DNA from: Gemmatimonadota bacterium
Lineage (GTDB): Bacteria; Gemmatimonadota; Gemmatimonadetes; Palauibacterales; Palauibacteraceae
Length of the DNA stretch: 64,000 nucleotides
NCBI GenBank assembly: GCA_021295785.1
Contig: JAGWBR010000006.1
Location: 17,229 to 81,228, forward strand
Reading direction: 5' to 3'
Shown here: one piece after another, positions 25,270 through 34,204 of the stretch
Numbering within the stretch: position 1 is the stretch's first letter
Layout of the letters: each line of letters opens with the position of its first letter
Program-made: the position numbers and the translations under genes
The notes under the pieces: generated by a model
The model's database searches: none
Seen by the model: only the letters and a program-made list of their open reading frames with translations
Told to the model about the DNA's origin: nothing

Positions 25270-26406
25270 ATGCCGGAGGTGGGCCGCGAAGGCCAGGAGC
25301 GACTGGCCGGGGCCAGCGTGCTTCTGATCGGCGCGGGCGGGCTGGGATCTCCCGCCGCCCTCTACCTGGCCGCCGCGGGCATCGGGCGCCTAGGCATCGT
25401 TGACGATGACGAAGTAGAGCTCTCCAACCTCCAACGCCAGGTCATCCACGATACCGAATCCGTGGGCACCCCCAAGGTCGAGTCCGCCCGCGGCAGGCTG
25501 GCCGGCGTCAACCCGCACATACGCGTTGAGACCTTCCGCACGCGCCTGCGATCCGAAAACGCCCCCGACGTGATGGCCGGCTGGGATTTTGTGGTGGACG
25601 GCAGCGACAACTTCCCGACGCGCTATCTGGTCAACGACGCCTGCGTCATGCTCGGAATCCCTTTCGCATACGGGGCGGTGCTGAGATTCGAGGGACAGGC
25701 GTCGGTGTTTGCGGCGGAGGACGGCCCGTGCTACCGGTGCCTTTTCCGCGACCCGCCGCCGCCCGAGCTGGCACCCAATTGCGCCGAGGCCGGCGTGTTG
25801 GGCGTGGTCCCCGGCATGATCGGCTCGATTCAGGCCTGCGAGGCGATCAAGTGGATATTGGGAGAAGGGGAATCGCTGGTTGGGCGGCTTCTTCTGGTGG
25901 ACGCGTTCCGCATGACTTTCAGGACGCTGACAATCCGACCAGACCCGGATTGCGTCGTTTGCGGCAACGAGCCGACGCTGACCGAACTCGTTGATTATGA
26001 ACATTTCTGCGCGTCCGCCGGCGAGCCTGCCGGGGAGTCAGCGGACGCCGGCGGTTCCCGATCCGGAACGGAGGACGCAATGGTTGCAGAGATCGACGTA
26101 CACGACCTGCGGGCGTTGGTTGAAGCCCGCGAGGACTTCCAGCTGGTTGACGTGCGCGAAGACTACGAGTGGGAGATTTGCAACCTCGGTCACCTCGGTG
26201 CCCAGCTCGCGCCCATGGACCAACTGGCCGAGCTGGTACCGAAACTGGACAGGAACAAGCCGGTGATCGTGCACTGTCGAACCGGACCGAGGGGTGCAAG
26301 CGCGGCGGCCTGGCTTCGCCTGTCCGGCGTCGACGACGTGCGCAACCTCCGCGGGGGCATCATCGCCTGGGCCGAGGAGTTTGACCCGGACATGGTGGTG
26401 TATTGA
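25270..26406 (+). CDS. moeB: MoeB/ThiF-type adenylyltransferase fused to a C-terminal rhodanese domain (MoeZ-like)
   Basis: VLLIGAGGLGSPAALYLAAAGIGRLGIVDDDEVELSNLQRQ, the CYRC...C..C zinc motif, and a rhodanese active-site loop VHCRTGPRG. The family-conserved N-terminus (LSARELARYDRHI) lies upstream of ATG 25270, so the true start is probably non-canonical (see findings). Confidence 0.88.
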   Translation: MPEVGREGQERLAGASVLLIGAGGLGSPAALYLAAAGIGRLGIVDDDEVELSNLQRQVIHDTESVGTPKVESARGRLAGVNPHIRVETFRTRLRSENAPDVMAGWDFVVDGSDNFPTRYLVNDACVMLGIPFAYGAVLRFEGQASVFAAEDGPCYRCLFRDPPPPELAPNCAEAGVLGVVPGMIGSIQACEAIKWILGEGESLVGRLLLVDAFRMTFRTLTIRPDPDCVVCGNEPTLTELVDYEHFCASAGEPAGESADAGGSRSGTEDAMVAEIDVHDLRALVEAREDFQLVDVREDYEWEICNLGHLGAQLAPMDQLAELVPKLDRNKPVIVHCRTGPRGASAAAWLRLSGVDDVRNLRGGIIAWAEEFDPDMVVY

Positions 26407-27362
26407 TCCGAATCGCGTCCATGCTGGCCTCGGGCACGGAAATCGTCTGCGCCCTTGGACTTGAAGACTCGCTGGTGGCGATTTCCCACGAATGCGACTA
26501 TCCGGCCGGTGTGATGGACCGACCCCGTGCGAGCCGGTCGCGGTTTGATCCCGGGGGCATGACCAGCCTTGAGATCGACGAAGCCGTGCGCCGGACCATG
26601 CTCGAGTTCGGCAGCCCCTATGAGATCGATCTGGGCGTGTTGGCCGACGTGCGGCCCGACATCATCCTTACGCAGGCGGTGTGCGAGGTATGCGCCGTGC
26701 CGACTCCGGGCGTCGAGCAGGCAGTGGCCGAGAGCGGCCTCGAGGCCCGGGTCCTATCGCTCGATCCGCACGACATCCCGGGCATCCTGGGCTCGGTGGG
26801 CCAAGTCGCCGATGCCTGCGAGGAGGCGGGCCATGCCGGGGCCGCCGCTTCCGCGCACCAGGCCGTGGCCGGAATGGAAGCCCGGCTGGCTGCCGTTCGT
26901 CAAGCGGTGGAAGGGGCCGACCGACCGCTGGTGCTTGGGCTGGAGTGGCTGGACCCCCCGTTTCTGCCGGGTCACTGGGTCCCCGAGATGATTGACCTGG
27001 CGGGGGGGCGTTGCGCCGCCGGGCCTCCGCGGAGGCCGTCCCCGCAGGTCGGATGGGAGGAGGTTCGCGGGCTGGATCCCGACACGTTGATCGTGATGTC
27101 ATGCGGTTTCGGGGTCGAGCGCACCCTCGAGGATGCCGAAGCCGCCTCGCACCACCTGGTGCGCGCCGCCCCGCGGGCCATTCGCCAAGGGCGGAGTTGG
27201 GCGGTCGACGGTTCGTCCTACTTCAACCGGTCGGGTCCCCGGGTCGTTGACGGGGTGGAGATCCTGGCGGGGATTCTGCACCCGGATCGCTGGCCGGCAC
27301 CTGCTCCCGGGGTGGCACAGGTCTGGACTCCCGAACTCCAACGGGTCGGGGCGGCGAAGTAG
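26403..27362 (+). CDS. Periplasmic-binding-protein type 2 (Fe-siderophore/cobalamin BtuF-like fold) homologue without a signal peptide
   Basis: 319 aa. MIRIASMLASGTEIVCALGLEDSLVAISHECDYP...RPDIILTQ... is the typical class III SBP start, but there is no leader. The TTG start overlaps the moeB TGA (TTGA). Confidence 0.65.
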   Translation: MIRIASMLASGTEIVCALGLEDSLVAISHECDYPAGVMDRPRASRSRFDPGGMTSLEIDEAVRRTMLEFGSPYEIDLGVLADVRPDIILTQAVCEVCAVPTPGVEQAVAESGLEARVLSLDPHDIPGILGSVGQVADACEEAGHAGAAASAHQAVAGMEARLAAVRQAVEGADRPLVLGLEWLDPPFLPGHWVPEMIDLAGGRCAAGPPRRPSPQVGWEEVRGLDPDTLIVMSCGFGVERTLEDAEAASHHLVRAAPRAIRQGRSWAVDGSSYFNRSGPRVVDGVEILAGILHPDRWPAPAPGVAQVWTPELQRVGAAK

Positions 27363-27397
27363 CCCGGCGCGCAGCTACGAAATGCTCGCCGGCAGTC

Positions 27398-29164
27398 TCA
27401 GTCCGAGTTGGGCGGTGCCCCAATCGCGGAGGGCGGATCGGTATCCACTTCCTCGCGCCACGCGCTGTAGTGGGCGGCGGGGCCGGGTGGATCCAGGTCA
27501 ACGCGCCGTACGTCCCTGACCGCCTTGGCGGCTCGAAGACTTCTCAACACCTTATCGTTCAGGTCGCCGTCCACCCTCACCACCCCCAGAGCCCGGCCCG
27601 TCGGCTGCCGCCGCGACAGGTGGTACTGGGCGATGTTGACCTTCGCGCGGCCCAGTCGCCGGCCCACTTCCCCGATCACGCCCGGTTCATCGGTGTTCAG
27701 AATCAGCAGAAGCGTGCCGCCGGGGACGATATCCAGGCGGAAACTGCCGATCCTGATCAGACGGGGTTGCTGCCGTTTCCCGATAACGGCACCCCCGACC
27801 ACCGTGTCTTCCTCCCCCCTGCGCGACGCGGTGATCTCCACGTAGTTCAGGTAATCGGCGTGGGACGGGTCGGAATGGGACTCGATGGTAAGGCCGCGCT
27901 CGGCCGCAATCGAGAGCGAGTTGACGACGTTGAGCGGAGGTGGCACTTCCCGCTCCAGAAAACCGGCAGCCGCGGCGGCTTCCAGTGGTTCCAGCACGTC
28001 CGCGGCTTCTCCGGCGTAGTACACCTGGAGCCGGCGCCTCGGCTTGTCGTCCAGCGCCGCGAGCACCGCCCCGAGTCTGCGGCCCAAGTCCATCAGCGGA
28101 CCCGCCAAACCGGTGTCTCCGCCCCGGAAGGGGGCGTTGAGAGCAGCATGATAGTTCTTCTTGAGGAGGGCATCGCGGACCACCAGCGCTATCTCACGCG
28201 ACACGGCCTCTTGAGCGTCGCGGGTGCTGGCCCCGAGATGGGCTGTCATCACAAGGTTCGGGGCCGCGAGCAGCGGGTTGCCGGGATAAGGGGGTTCGAC
28301 CGCGAACACGTCCAGTCCCGCGCCTGCCAGGCGACCGCTCGAAAGCGCCGCCGCCAGGGCTTCTTCGTCTACCAGGCCCCCGCGCGCGGCGTTCACCAGA
28401 ATCGACCCCTCCGGCATGGAGGCGAGCTCGGCCTGCCCAATCAGATTCCGGTTCTTATCGGTCAGCGGCACGTGCAAGGTTACGACGTCGGCCCGGGCAA
28501 GCATGTCCGGCAACGAAAACATGGCAACACCCAGCTCTTCCGCCCGGCGGGACGTCACATACGGGTCGTGTCCGATGATCTTCATTCCAAAGGCGCGAGC
28601 CCGGTGGGCCACCTCGGTTCCGATTCGACCCAACCCCACCACTCCCAATGTCCGGCCGCGGAGCTCCAGCCCGCGCAGAGTTTTCCGGGGCCAGTCGCCC
28701 TGGCGTATCCCGGCATCGGCCTGCGGGATCTTGCGGGCAGCGGCCAAGATCAAGGCAAACGCCAGCTCCGCCGTGGAATACGTATTCCCGCCCGGAGCGT
28801 TGAGCACGGCGATTCCTCGGCGGGTGGCCGCCGGCAGATCGATGTTGTCCACCCCCACGCCGGCCCGGCCGATCACCTCCAGGTCCCCGGCCTCGGCCAA
28901 CAGTTCCGCAGTGACCTTGGTGCGGCTCCGCACAATCAGCGCCGCCGCTCCGTCCAGGGCGTGCGTGAGGTCCTCCGGCGCGGCTTCGGTCAGGTCCTCA
29001 ATCTCAATGGCGGGCGACTCGGACAGGATCTCCAGGCCAGCCGGAAGGAGCGGATCGGCAATTACGACCCGCTTCGGCGGTGGACGGTCGTGGAGTGCCG
29101 GTTCGGGGGCTGCGAGCGTCGCCGACGCCGACCCGTTTTCGATTGAACCGCCGGGGGAAATCAC
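27398..29164 (-). CDS. serA: D-3-phosphoglycerate dehydrogenase (long form with ACT domain)
   Basis: GRAGVGVDNIDLPAATRRGIAVLNAPGGN, the NAD motif LGVVGLGRIGTEVA, and a C-terminal ASB/ACT region. Start moved to GTG 29164-29162, overlapping the upstream TGA (GTGA). The first 130 codons of ORF 27398..29554 are rejected. Confidence 0.9.
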   Translation of the reverse strand: MISPGGSIENGSASATLAAPEPALHDRPPPKRVVIADPLLPAGLEILSESPAIEIEDLTEAAPEDLTHALDGAAALIVRSRTKVTAELLAEAGDLEVIGRAGVGVDNIDLPAATRRGIAVLNAPGGNTYSTAELAFALILAAARKIPQADAGIRQGDWPRKTLRGLELRGRTLGVVGLGRIGTEVAHRARAFGMKIIGHDPYVTSRRAEELGVAMFSLPDMLARADVVTLHVPLTDKNRNLIGQAELASMPEGSILVNAARGGLVDEEALAAALSSGRLAGAGLDVFAVEPPYPGNPLLAAPNLVMTAHLGASTRDAQEAVSREIALVVRDALLKKNYHAALNAPFRGGDTGLAGPLMDLGRRLGAVLAALDDKPRRRLQVYYAGEAADVLEPLEAAAAAGFLEREVPPPLNVVNSLSIAAERGLTIESHSDPSHADYLNYVEITASRRGEEDTVVGGAVIGKRQQPRLIRIGSFRLDIVPGGTLLLILNTDEPGVIGEVGRRLGRAKVNIAQYHLSRRQPTGRALGVVRVDGDLNDKVLRSLRAAKAVRDVRRVDLDPPGPAAHYSAWREEVDTDPPSAIGAPPNSD

Positions 29165-30261
29165 AAAACCTCGCTTAGCACTGCCAGCAGCGCCTCGAGT
29201 TCCTCCATCGTGTGCTCTCCCATGTGCCCGATTCGGAAGGTCGGTTCCTTCAGTTTCCCGTACCCGGCCGCCACGGCGAACCCGCGGCTTTTCATGCGCC
29301 CCTCCACCTCCGGCCCCGTCAGTCCCTCCGGCAACCCGATCGCGGTTACCGCGGGCGACCTGTAACCCTCCGCGGCAAACACGCCCAACGGCCGGCCCGT
29401 CGCTTCGGCCGTGTCGGCCACCCACTGCCACGTGCGCTCCGCCATGGCGGTGTGCCGGGTCCAGCGCGCCTGAAGACCTTCTTCGTGGATCCGCTCCAGC
29501 TGCCGCTCGAGCGCGAAGAGAAGCGACACTGCCGGCGTGGTCGGCGTCTGCCACTTCTTCATGTTCTTTTCGTGGTTCAGCAGATCGAAATAGAACCCGC
29601 GGTTGGGCGTGTTACGTGCGCGCTCCAGCGCCCGGTCCGAGGCCGCGGCGAACGCCAGCCCCGGGGGCAGCGCAACCGCCTTCTGCGATCCCGTCAGGAG
29701 AAAGTCGATGCCCCATTCGTCCATCTCGATCCGAGCAGCCGCCAGCGAAGAAACCGCGTCCACCGCAATCAACACATCGTCAAATTCCCGCACTACCGCC
29801 GCAAGTTCCCTGACCGGGTTGAGGACTCCGGTCGAACTCTCCGAGTGGACCACAGTCACCAAGTCGTAGCGGCCCGGGTCGGCGGCCAGGGCTTCGCGCA
29901 GTTGCTCGGGCAAGAGGGGGTCCCCCCACTGCGCCTCCAGCGTGTCCGCCGCGCGCCCGGTAGCCGTCGAGATGTTGTAGAACCGCTGGCCGAACGAACC
30001 GTTGGTCAGGCACAGGGCTCCGCGGCCGGTCAAATTCGTGATCGCGGCCTCCATCATTCCAGTGGCCGACGACGTGGAAATGTAGACTGGCCGAGATGTG
30101 CGGAGCAGCGCCGACAATTTCGGCTGCATCCCCTGAACGAGGGCCGACACCTCGGGGCTCCTGTGGCCCGCCACCGGCCGCTGCATGGCCTCGAAAAGGT
30201 CGTGGGGGACTTCGGTCGGACCGGGCAGGAAGAACTTCCCGAAAGATCGCAATTGGCTCAT
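29161..30261 (-). CDS. Class V (AGXT-type) aminotransferase, probably acting as phosphoserine aminotransferase given coupling to serA
   Basis: Starting from ATG 30261: MSQLRSFGKFFLPGPTEVPHDLFEAM...SSTGVLNP...GSQKAVALPPGLAF (PLP Lys). 4-nt overlap with serA. Confidence 0.8.
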   Translation of the reverse strand: MSQLRSFGKFFLPGPTEVPHDLFEAMQRPVAGHRSPEVSALVQGMQPKLSALLRTSRPVYISTSSATGMMEAAITNLTGRGALCLTNGSFGQRFYNISTATGRAADTLEAQWGDPLLPEQLREALAADPGRYDLVTVVHSESSTGVLNPVRELAAVVREFDDVLIAVDAVSSLAAARIEMDEWGIDFLLTGSQKAVALPPGLAFAAASDRALERARNTPNRGFYFDLLNHEKNMKKWQTPTTPAVSLLFALERQLERIHEEGLQARWTRHTAMAERTWQWVADTAEATGRPLGVFAAEGYRSPAVTAIGLPEGLTGPEVEGRMKSRGFAVAAGYGKLKEPTFRIGHMGEHTMEELEALLAVLSEVL

Positions 30262-30447
30262 GGGCGCATACTTTATGCCTCGCGGCCGCCGGTGGCTACC
30301 GTGGCGGTCCGGGGTTGCCACCCGGAACACCGAACTTGGTTAATTTCCGGGAGCAACCGCGTGCCGCGGCGGGGCATGAACAGCCCGGCACCAGCGGATG
30401 GCATTTTGGCGAAACCGGGCCGGCGGTCCGGGACGCATCGGAGGCGC

Positions 30448-30717
30448 ATGCGGTATTTCACAACCACACAGGTATTGCCAGAGGATGTGCTTTCGAGGGC
30501 CAGGGACTTCATGTCGGCCAATTCATCGCTGACGGTTCGCGAGGAAGACCCCGCCAGCGTGACGTTTGCCGGCGCGATCGGCGTGGCGCGTTTCTCGGTT
30601 GACCGGCACGGCGGACAAACCAACGTCCATCTTGAGACCGACCGTGTCGCCGGGCTGGACGTGACCGACGTGGCCCGGCGTTTCCTTTATTCACTCAGGG
30701 AGGCCAACCGTGGCTGA
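30448..30717 (+). CDS. Hypothetical 89-aa protein (first gene of a coupled trio)
   Basis: ATG 30448: MRYFTTTQVLPEDVLSRARDFMSANSSLTVREEDPASVTFAGAIGVARFSVDRHGGQTNVHLETDRVAGLDVTDVARRFLYSLREANRG. This is the last part of ORF 29212..30717. An alternative start is ATG 30376. Its stop overlaps the next gene's start. Confidence 0.5.
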   Translation: MRYFTTTQVLPEDVLSRARDFMSANSSLTVREEDPASVTFAGAIGVARFSVDRHGGQTNVHLETDRVAGLDVTDVARRFLYSLREANRG

Positions 30718-31000
30718 GCCCGCGCGGGGGAATACTACTGTACGCCTGATCATGCCGGACCGGTGGCTCGAACACGTCGCCCGTGTCCCGTCGTCGGCAA
30801 CAGTAGCCGAAATCAAGGAAATGGGTGTCCGCGCCATGCTCCAGCGCGGCTCCGAAGACCCCGGCACTTACTACGTGGAACACCGGGAGAAAGAAGTCCG
30901 CGACGAGACCGTGACTTTGGACGGACTCGGCGTGAGGGCCAGGGGCATTCTGTCGATCAGACCCTACGACATCGGCCACCCGCGGGAGTTCGCGGGCTGA
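30710..31000 (+). CDS. Hypothetical 96-aa protein with a ubiquitin/beta-grasp-like sequence pattern
   Basis: GTG 30710 is preceded by AGGGAGG (30697-30703). TVRLIMPDRWLEHVARVPSSATVAEIKEMGVRAML...YYVEHREKEVRDETVTLDGLGVRARGILSIRP. The fold assignment is inferred from pattern only. Confidence 0.55.
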   Translation: MAEPARGNTTVRLIMPDRWLEHVARVPSSATVAEIKEMGVRAMLQRGSEDPGTYYVEHREKEVRDETVTLDGLGVRARGILSIRPYDIGHPREFAG

Positions 31001-31008
31001 TTTCTCCC

Positions 31009-32706
31009 TTGGGTCCCGGCGAGTTCGAAGCGCTGGCTCAACTTCGGGGGCCAGTTGCCCGGGGACGCCATCTGGCACTGGTTGCGGCCGAGGGGGGATG
31101 CGTTGAGGCGGTCTACGCGGCGGCGGTGGTCAGTGACCTTGGCTTGGCGGATGGTGCCGAGGCGGACTTTGCTGATCAAGACGCCGCTGACTCCGCCGGT
31201 GCCGGACTGGATTCACGGAGCATTCGGGCGGTCGTGCTGGCCGCGACCGACGATCGCGCCTGGCGGTGCGCCCGGGGCATGCGGGCGGCCATGGACGAAA
31301 ACCTCCGGGACCGCTGCCCGGTCGTTGTGATGCCCGGCGACATGCCTTCGCCCGCGGCGATGGCCGGAGCGAGCGTAGCTGTCGGGACTCCCGTGACGGT
31401 TCTGGAGGCGCTGACCTCCGGCCGGATCTCGGGGTCGGAGGTTCGTTCACTGGTCATGGATAACATCGCGGCGCTCGACCCTGCGTGGCCGGCGGTCGAT
31501 GCTCTTCTCCAGTCAACCGGCCGGGACATTCGGCGCGTGGCTACCGGTCCCCGGTACGACGAACGGTTCGGGGACCTGATGAAACGTTGGCTGCCCCGTG
31601 CCCGGCGGTGGCCGTTGGAGTTGTTCGAGCCGGCGCCGGCCCCTGCCGACTCACCGGCCGGGCCTTTCCTGCGGACTCTGGTTCGGGCCAGCGGCCGGGG
31701 GCGCGTCAGCGGGTTTGCCGGGATGGTTGGTCGGCTCTCGGCGGCGGGCAAGGAAGTGAGCGTAGTGGTCGCGTCTGCACCCAGGGCGTTTGAGGTGGTT
31801 TCATCGACACTGGCCGCCGCCGGGTTCGGTGGTATCTCCGTTGCCCCCCTGACCGATGCCCCGATGCCCGCTCCCACCGGGGCGGAGGATGACGTCGGGG
31901 CAGCGGCTGATGACAATGGCGCACCGGCGGCCGACGAAGGCGGCGCGGCGCGGGCCGTCGTGCTATACGGTCTCCCGCGTTCGGCTGAGGCACTCGCAAG
32001 GGCACTCGGCGAGGCCGGTCAGCGGTACGCGGTTGTGGATGTCATCCACATGCAACAGCTGGAGATCATGGCCCGGCAGCTGGGGTGGCGGGTCGCGCCG
32101 TTGGGCGACGGGCCGGTGCCCGAGTTTAGCTCGGGGGTCGAGGAGTTCCGCAACCGAATTCGCGACGCGGTCCGATCGGAGGACCTTGCTACCGGTGCCC
32201 TGCTGCTCGAACCGGTGCTTGCGGAGTACGGGGCAGCCCGTGTCGCAGCGGCAATGGCCTCTTTGCTCCGGGGGACGGACATCCGCGGCGCAGGCGGAGA
32301 CGGACCGCCAGACAGGTCCCGTTCAGCCAAGACCGGGCGAGACCGCCAACCAGGCGAAGGCCAGGCGAACCGCGCGGCTCGCACAGGGTGGCAGACCGTC
32401 TTCGTGAACGTGGGGGAACGCGACGGCCTCGGACCCGGTGACGTGGTGGGGGCCATTACGGGCGAAACAGACGTCAAGGCTGCCCAAATTGGCCGTATCC
32501 AGATCAAACCGGGGTTCGCGCTGGTTCAGGTGAACGCCGGCGTCCTGGAAGAGGTCGTTGCCGGCCTGAACGGGACCATGTTGCGGGGCAAGGAAGTCAT
32601 GGCTAGGCCAGACCGGGGGCCATCGACCTCCCGACCCTCCGGCCCCGGCCGACCTTCTCGCTCTCCGCCCCGCCAGCGCCGCGACAAGCCGCGCAACCGG
32701 CGGTAG
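31009..32706 (+). CDS. DEAD-box helicase homologue with degenerate ATPase motifs and a retained C-terminal DbpA-type RNA-binding domain
   Basis: TTG 31009 (alternative CTG 30997, which has GGGAG 8 nt upstream). GTPVTVLEALTSGRISGSEVRSLVMDNIAAL parallels [32 protein letters not shown] of DbpA. The C-terminus GWQTVFVNVGERDGLGPGDVVGAITGETDVKAAQIGRIQIKPGFALVQV is a DbpA RBD. Ends in an Arg/Pro-rich tail. Confidence 0.75.
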   Translation: MGPGEFEALAQLRGPVARGRHLALVAAEGGCVEAVYAAAVVSDLGLADGAEADFADQDAADSAGAGLDSRSIRAVVLAATDDRAWRCARGMRAAMDENLRDRCPVVVMPGDMPSPAAMAGASVAVGTPVTVLEALTSGRISGSEVRSLVMDNIAALDPAWPAVDALLQSTGRDIRRVATGPRYDERFGDLMKRWLPRARRWPLELFEPAPAPADSPAGPFLRTLVRASGRGRVSGFAGMVGRLSAAGKEVSVVVASAPRAFEVVSSTLAAAGFGGISVAPLTDAPMPAPTGAEDDVGAAADDNGAPAADEGGAARAVVLYGLPRSAEALARALGEAGQRYAVVDVIHMQQLEIMARQLGWRVAPLGDGPVPEFSSGVEEFRNRIRDAVRSEDLATGALLLEPVLAEYGAARVAAAMASLLRGTDIRGAGGDGPPDRSRSAKTGRDRQPGEGQANRAARTGWQTVFVNVGERDGLGPGDVVGAITGETDVKAAQIGRIQIKPGFALVQVNAGVLEEVVAGLNGTMLRGKEVMARPDRGPSTSRPSGPGRPSRSPPRQRRDKPRNRR

Positions 32707-32719
32707 CGCCCCCCTCACC

Positions 32720-34204
32720 TCACCCGCTGTGGAACGGTGCCCATTTCTCCTTGGGTGAGGGCGGAGTCAACAAGCTCACAACCACAAGCATCAGCGTCGA
32801 GACCAGGACACCTGGAATCACGATGTAATCGGTAGACGCGAAGTTGAACGTGTCGCCGCCCAGCGAAACCTCGAAACTGATTCCCAGCCGGGAGAGCAGG
32901 GTGATTCCCAGGATGGACCCCAGCCCTCCGGCAAGGCAGGCAACCCCGCCCTGCGAAGTGACCCGTTTCCACAAGAACGCGGCCAACAGCGCCGGAGTCA
33001 GGCTCGCACCGACCAGCGAATAGGCGAACAGCGCCATCGCGAGCACGCTGTCCGACAGGGTCAGCGCCGCCAGCCCCAGTCCGCCGAATATCACAACGAA
33101 CATTCTCTGCACCAGCAACTTCCTGCTGTCCGAGGCCCCGGGGTTGATGAACCGTTCGTACACGTCGCGGCTGGCCCCGGTGGAAGAAACCAGCAGGAAC
33201 GTGTTGCCCGTTGAAATCACAATGGCCACCGCGGCCGCCAACAGCACCGCGCCCATCGCCGTGGGCAACCCATTGGCCGCTATGTGAAGGATGATCGACT
33301 CAGCCGCAGCACGCCCCTCGACAACCACCGTCGCGGGATCGGCGAGTTCCGGGAACACGGCCCGGCCGGCTATCGCGGTCAGGGCCAGGGCAGTCTCAAT
33401 TACGACCACGCCCAGCAGCATCCACACCACGGCCTTCTTCGCCGATCCCGCGTCCTGGGCGGACGAGAACTTCTGGTACATCCCGCTCTCCCCCAACAGC
33501 AGTAGGAACGTGGGTGCCGCCACGCCGAACACCCACAACACGTTGTGGCCTCCCAGAATGCTGGTGTGGTCGGGCGGCAGCTGCGACACGATTTCTGCAA
33601 CCCCGCCGTTGGAAAACACCAGATAGGGCAGCGCGAACAGGATTCCCAGGGTGATGATCACGCCGTTGAACATGTCAACGCTGACAATCGACACCATGCC
33701 CGCCAGCGCGGTGAACACCACGATGACCGCGGCCGTGATCAGCATCCCCTCCACATCGGAAATCGTGTTGGGGAATACGATGGACAGGATCCACCCCCCG
33801 CCCCGGAACTGGTAAGCCGCGATGGTGACGTAGGCGATTATCACCGCCAGCGTGCCCAGCGCCCGCGCCGCGGCGTTGTACCGCTGCTCAAGCAGGTCGG
33901 GCACCGTGTACTTGGCGATAGAGCGCACTCGCGGAGCAAGGTACGCCGCAACGACCAGCCCCACCCATGCCCCGAACGAGAACCAGAGTTCCGCGATCCC
34001 GGTGGTGTAGGCCAAGCCCGCTCCGCCAAACAGCGACCCCGACCCGATCCAGGTGCAGACCAGCGTTCCCACCAAGAGCGGCACCGACACGTTCCGGCCG
34101 GCCACCATGAAATCCGCGTGGCTGCGGACCTGCCGCATCCGCCACACACCAACGCCGATTATCACCAACGGCCAGACGATGACAGCGATGGTCAGCAGGT
34201 TCAT
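32720..34204 (-). CDS. Sodium:solute symporter family (SSF) transporter
   Basis: Starting from ATG 34204: MNLLTIAVIVWPLVIIGVGVWRMRQVRSHADFMVAGRNVSVPLLVGTLVCTWIGSGSLFGGAGLAY. About 13 TM segments. ATGA overlap with pspA. Confidence 0.88.
   Translation of the reverse strand: MNLLTIAVIVWPLVIIGVGVWRMRQVRSHADFMVAGRNVSVPLLVGTLVCTWIGSGSLFGGAGLAYTTGIAELWFSFGAWVGLVVAAYLAPRVRSIAKYTVPDLLEQRYNAAARALGTLAVIIAYVTIAAYQFRGGGWILSIVFPNTISDVEGMLITAAVIVVFTALAGMVSIVSVDMFNGVIITLGILFALPYLVFSNGGVAEIVSQLPPDHTSILGGHNVLWVFGVAAPTFLLLLGESGMYQKFSSAQDAGSAKKAVVWMLLGVVVIETALALTAIAGRAVFPELADPATVVVEGRAAAESIILHIAANGLPTAMGAVLLAAAVAIVISTGNTFLLVSSTGASRDVYERFINPGASDSRKLLVQRMFVVIFGGLGLAALTLSDSVLAMALFAYSLVGASLTPALLAAFLWKRVTSQGGVACLAGGLGSILGITLLSRLGISFEVSLGGDTFNFASTDYIVIPGVLVSTLMLVVVSLLTPPSPKEKWAPFHSG

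Noticed and set aside
29212-30447. The 5' 412 codons of the 501-aa plus-strand ORF 29212..30717.
   Set aside because: This part is antisense to the class V aminotransferase gene and has shadow-frame composition. Only the segment after the divergent intergenic region (from ATG 30448, or possibly 30376) is free-standing and coupled to the next gene.
25270-31000. The MoeB-like E1 plus the ubiquitin-like-patterned 96-aa protein as a bacterial ubiquitin-like conjugation system.
   Set aside because: The two genes are 4.3 kb apart and separated by unrelated serA, aminotransferase and binding-protein genes, some on opposite strands. The small protein does not end in Gly-Gly. The E1-like protein has the ordinary MoeZ (rhodanese-fused) architecture. 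I saw no E2-, JAB- or DUB-like gene.
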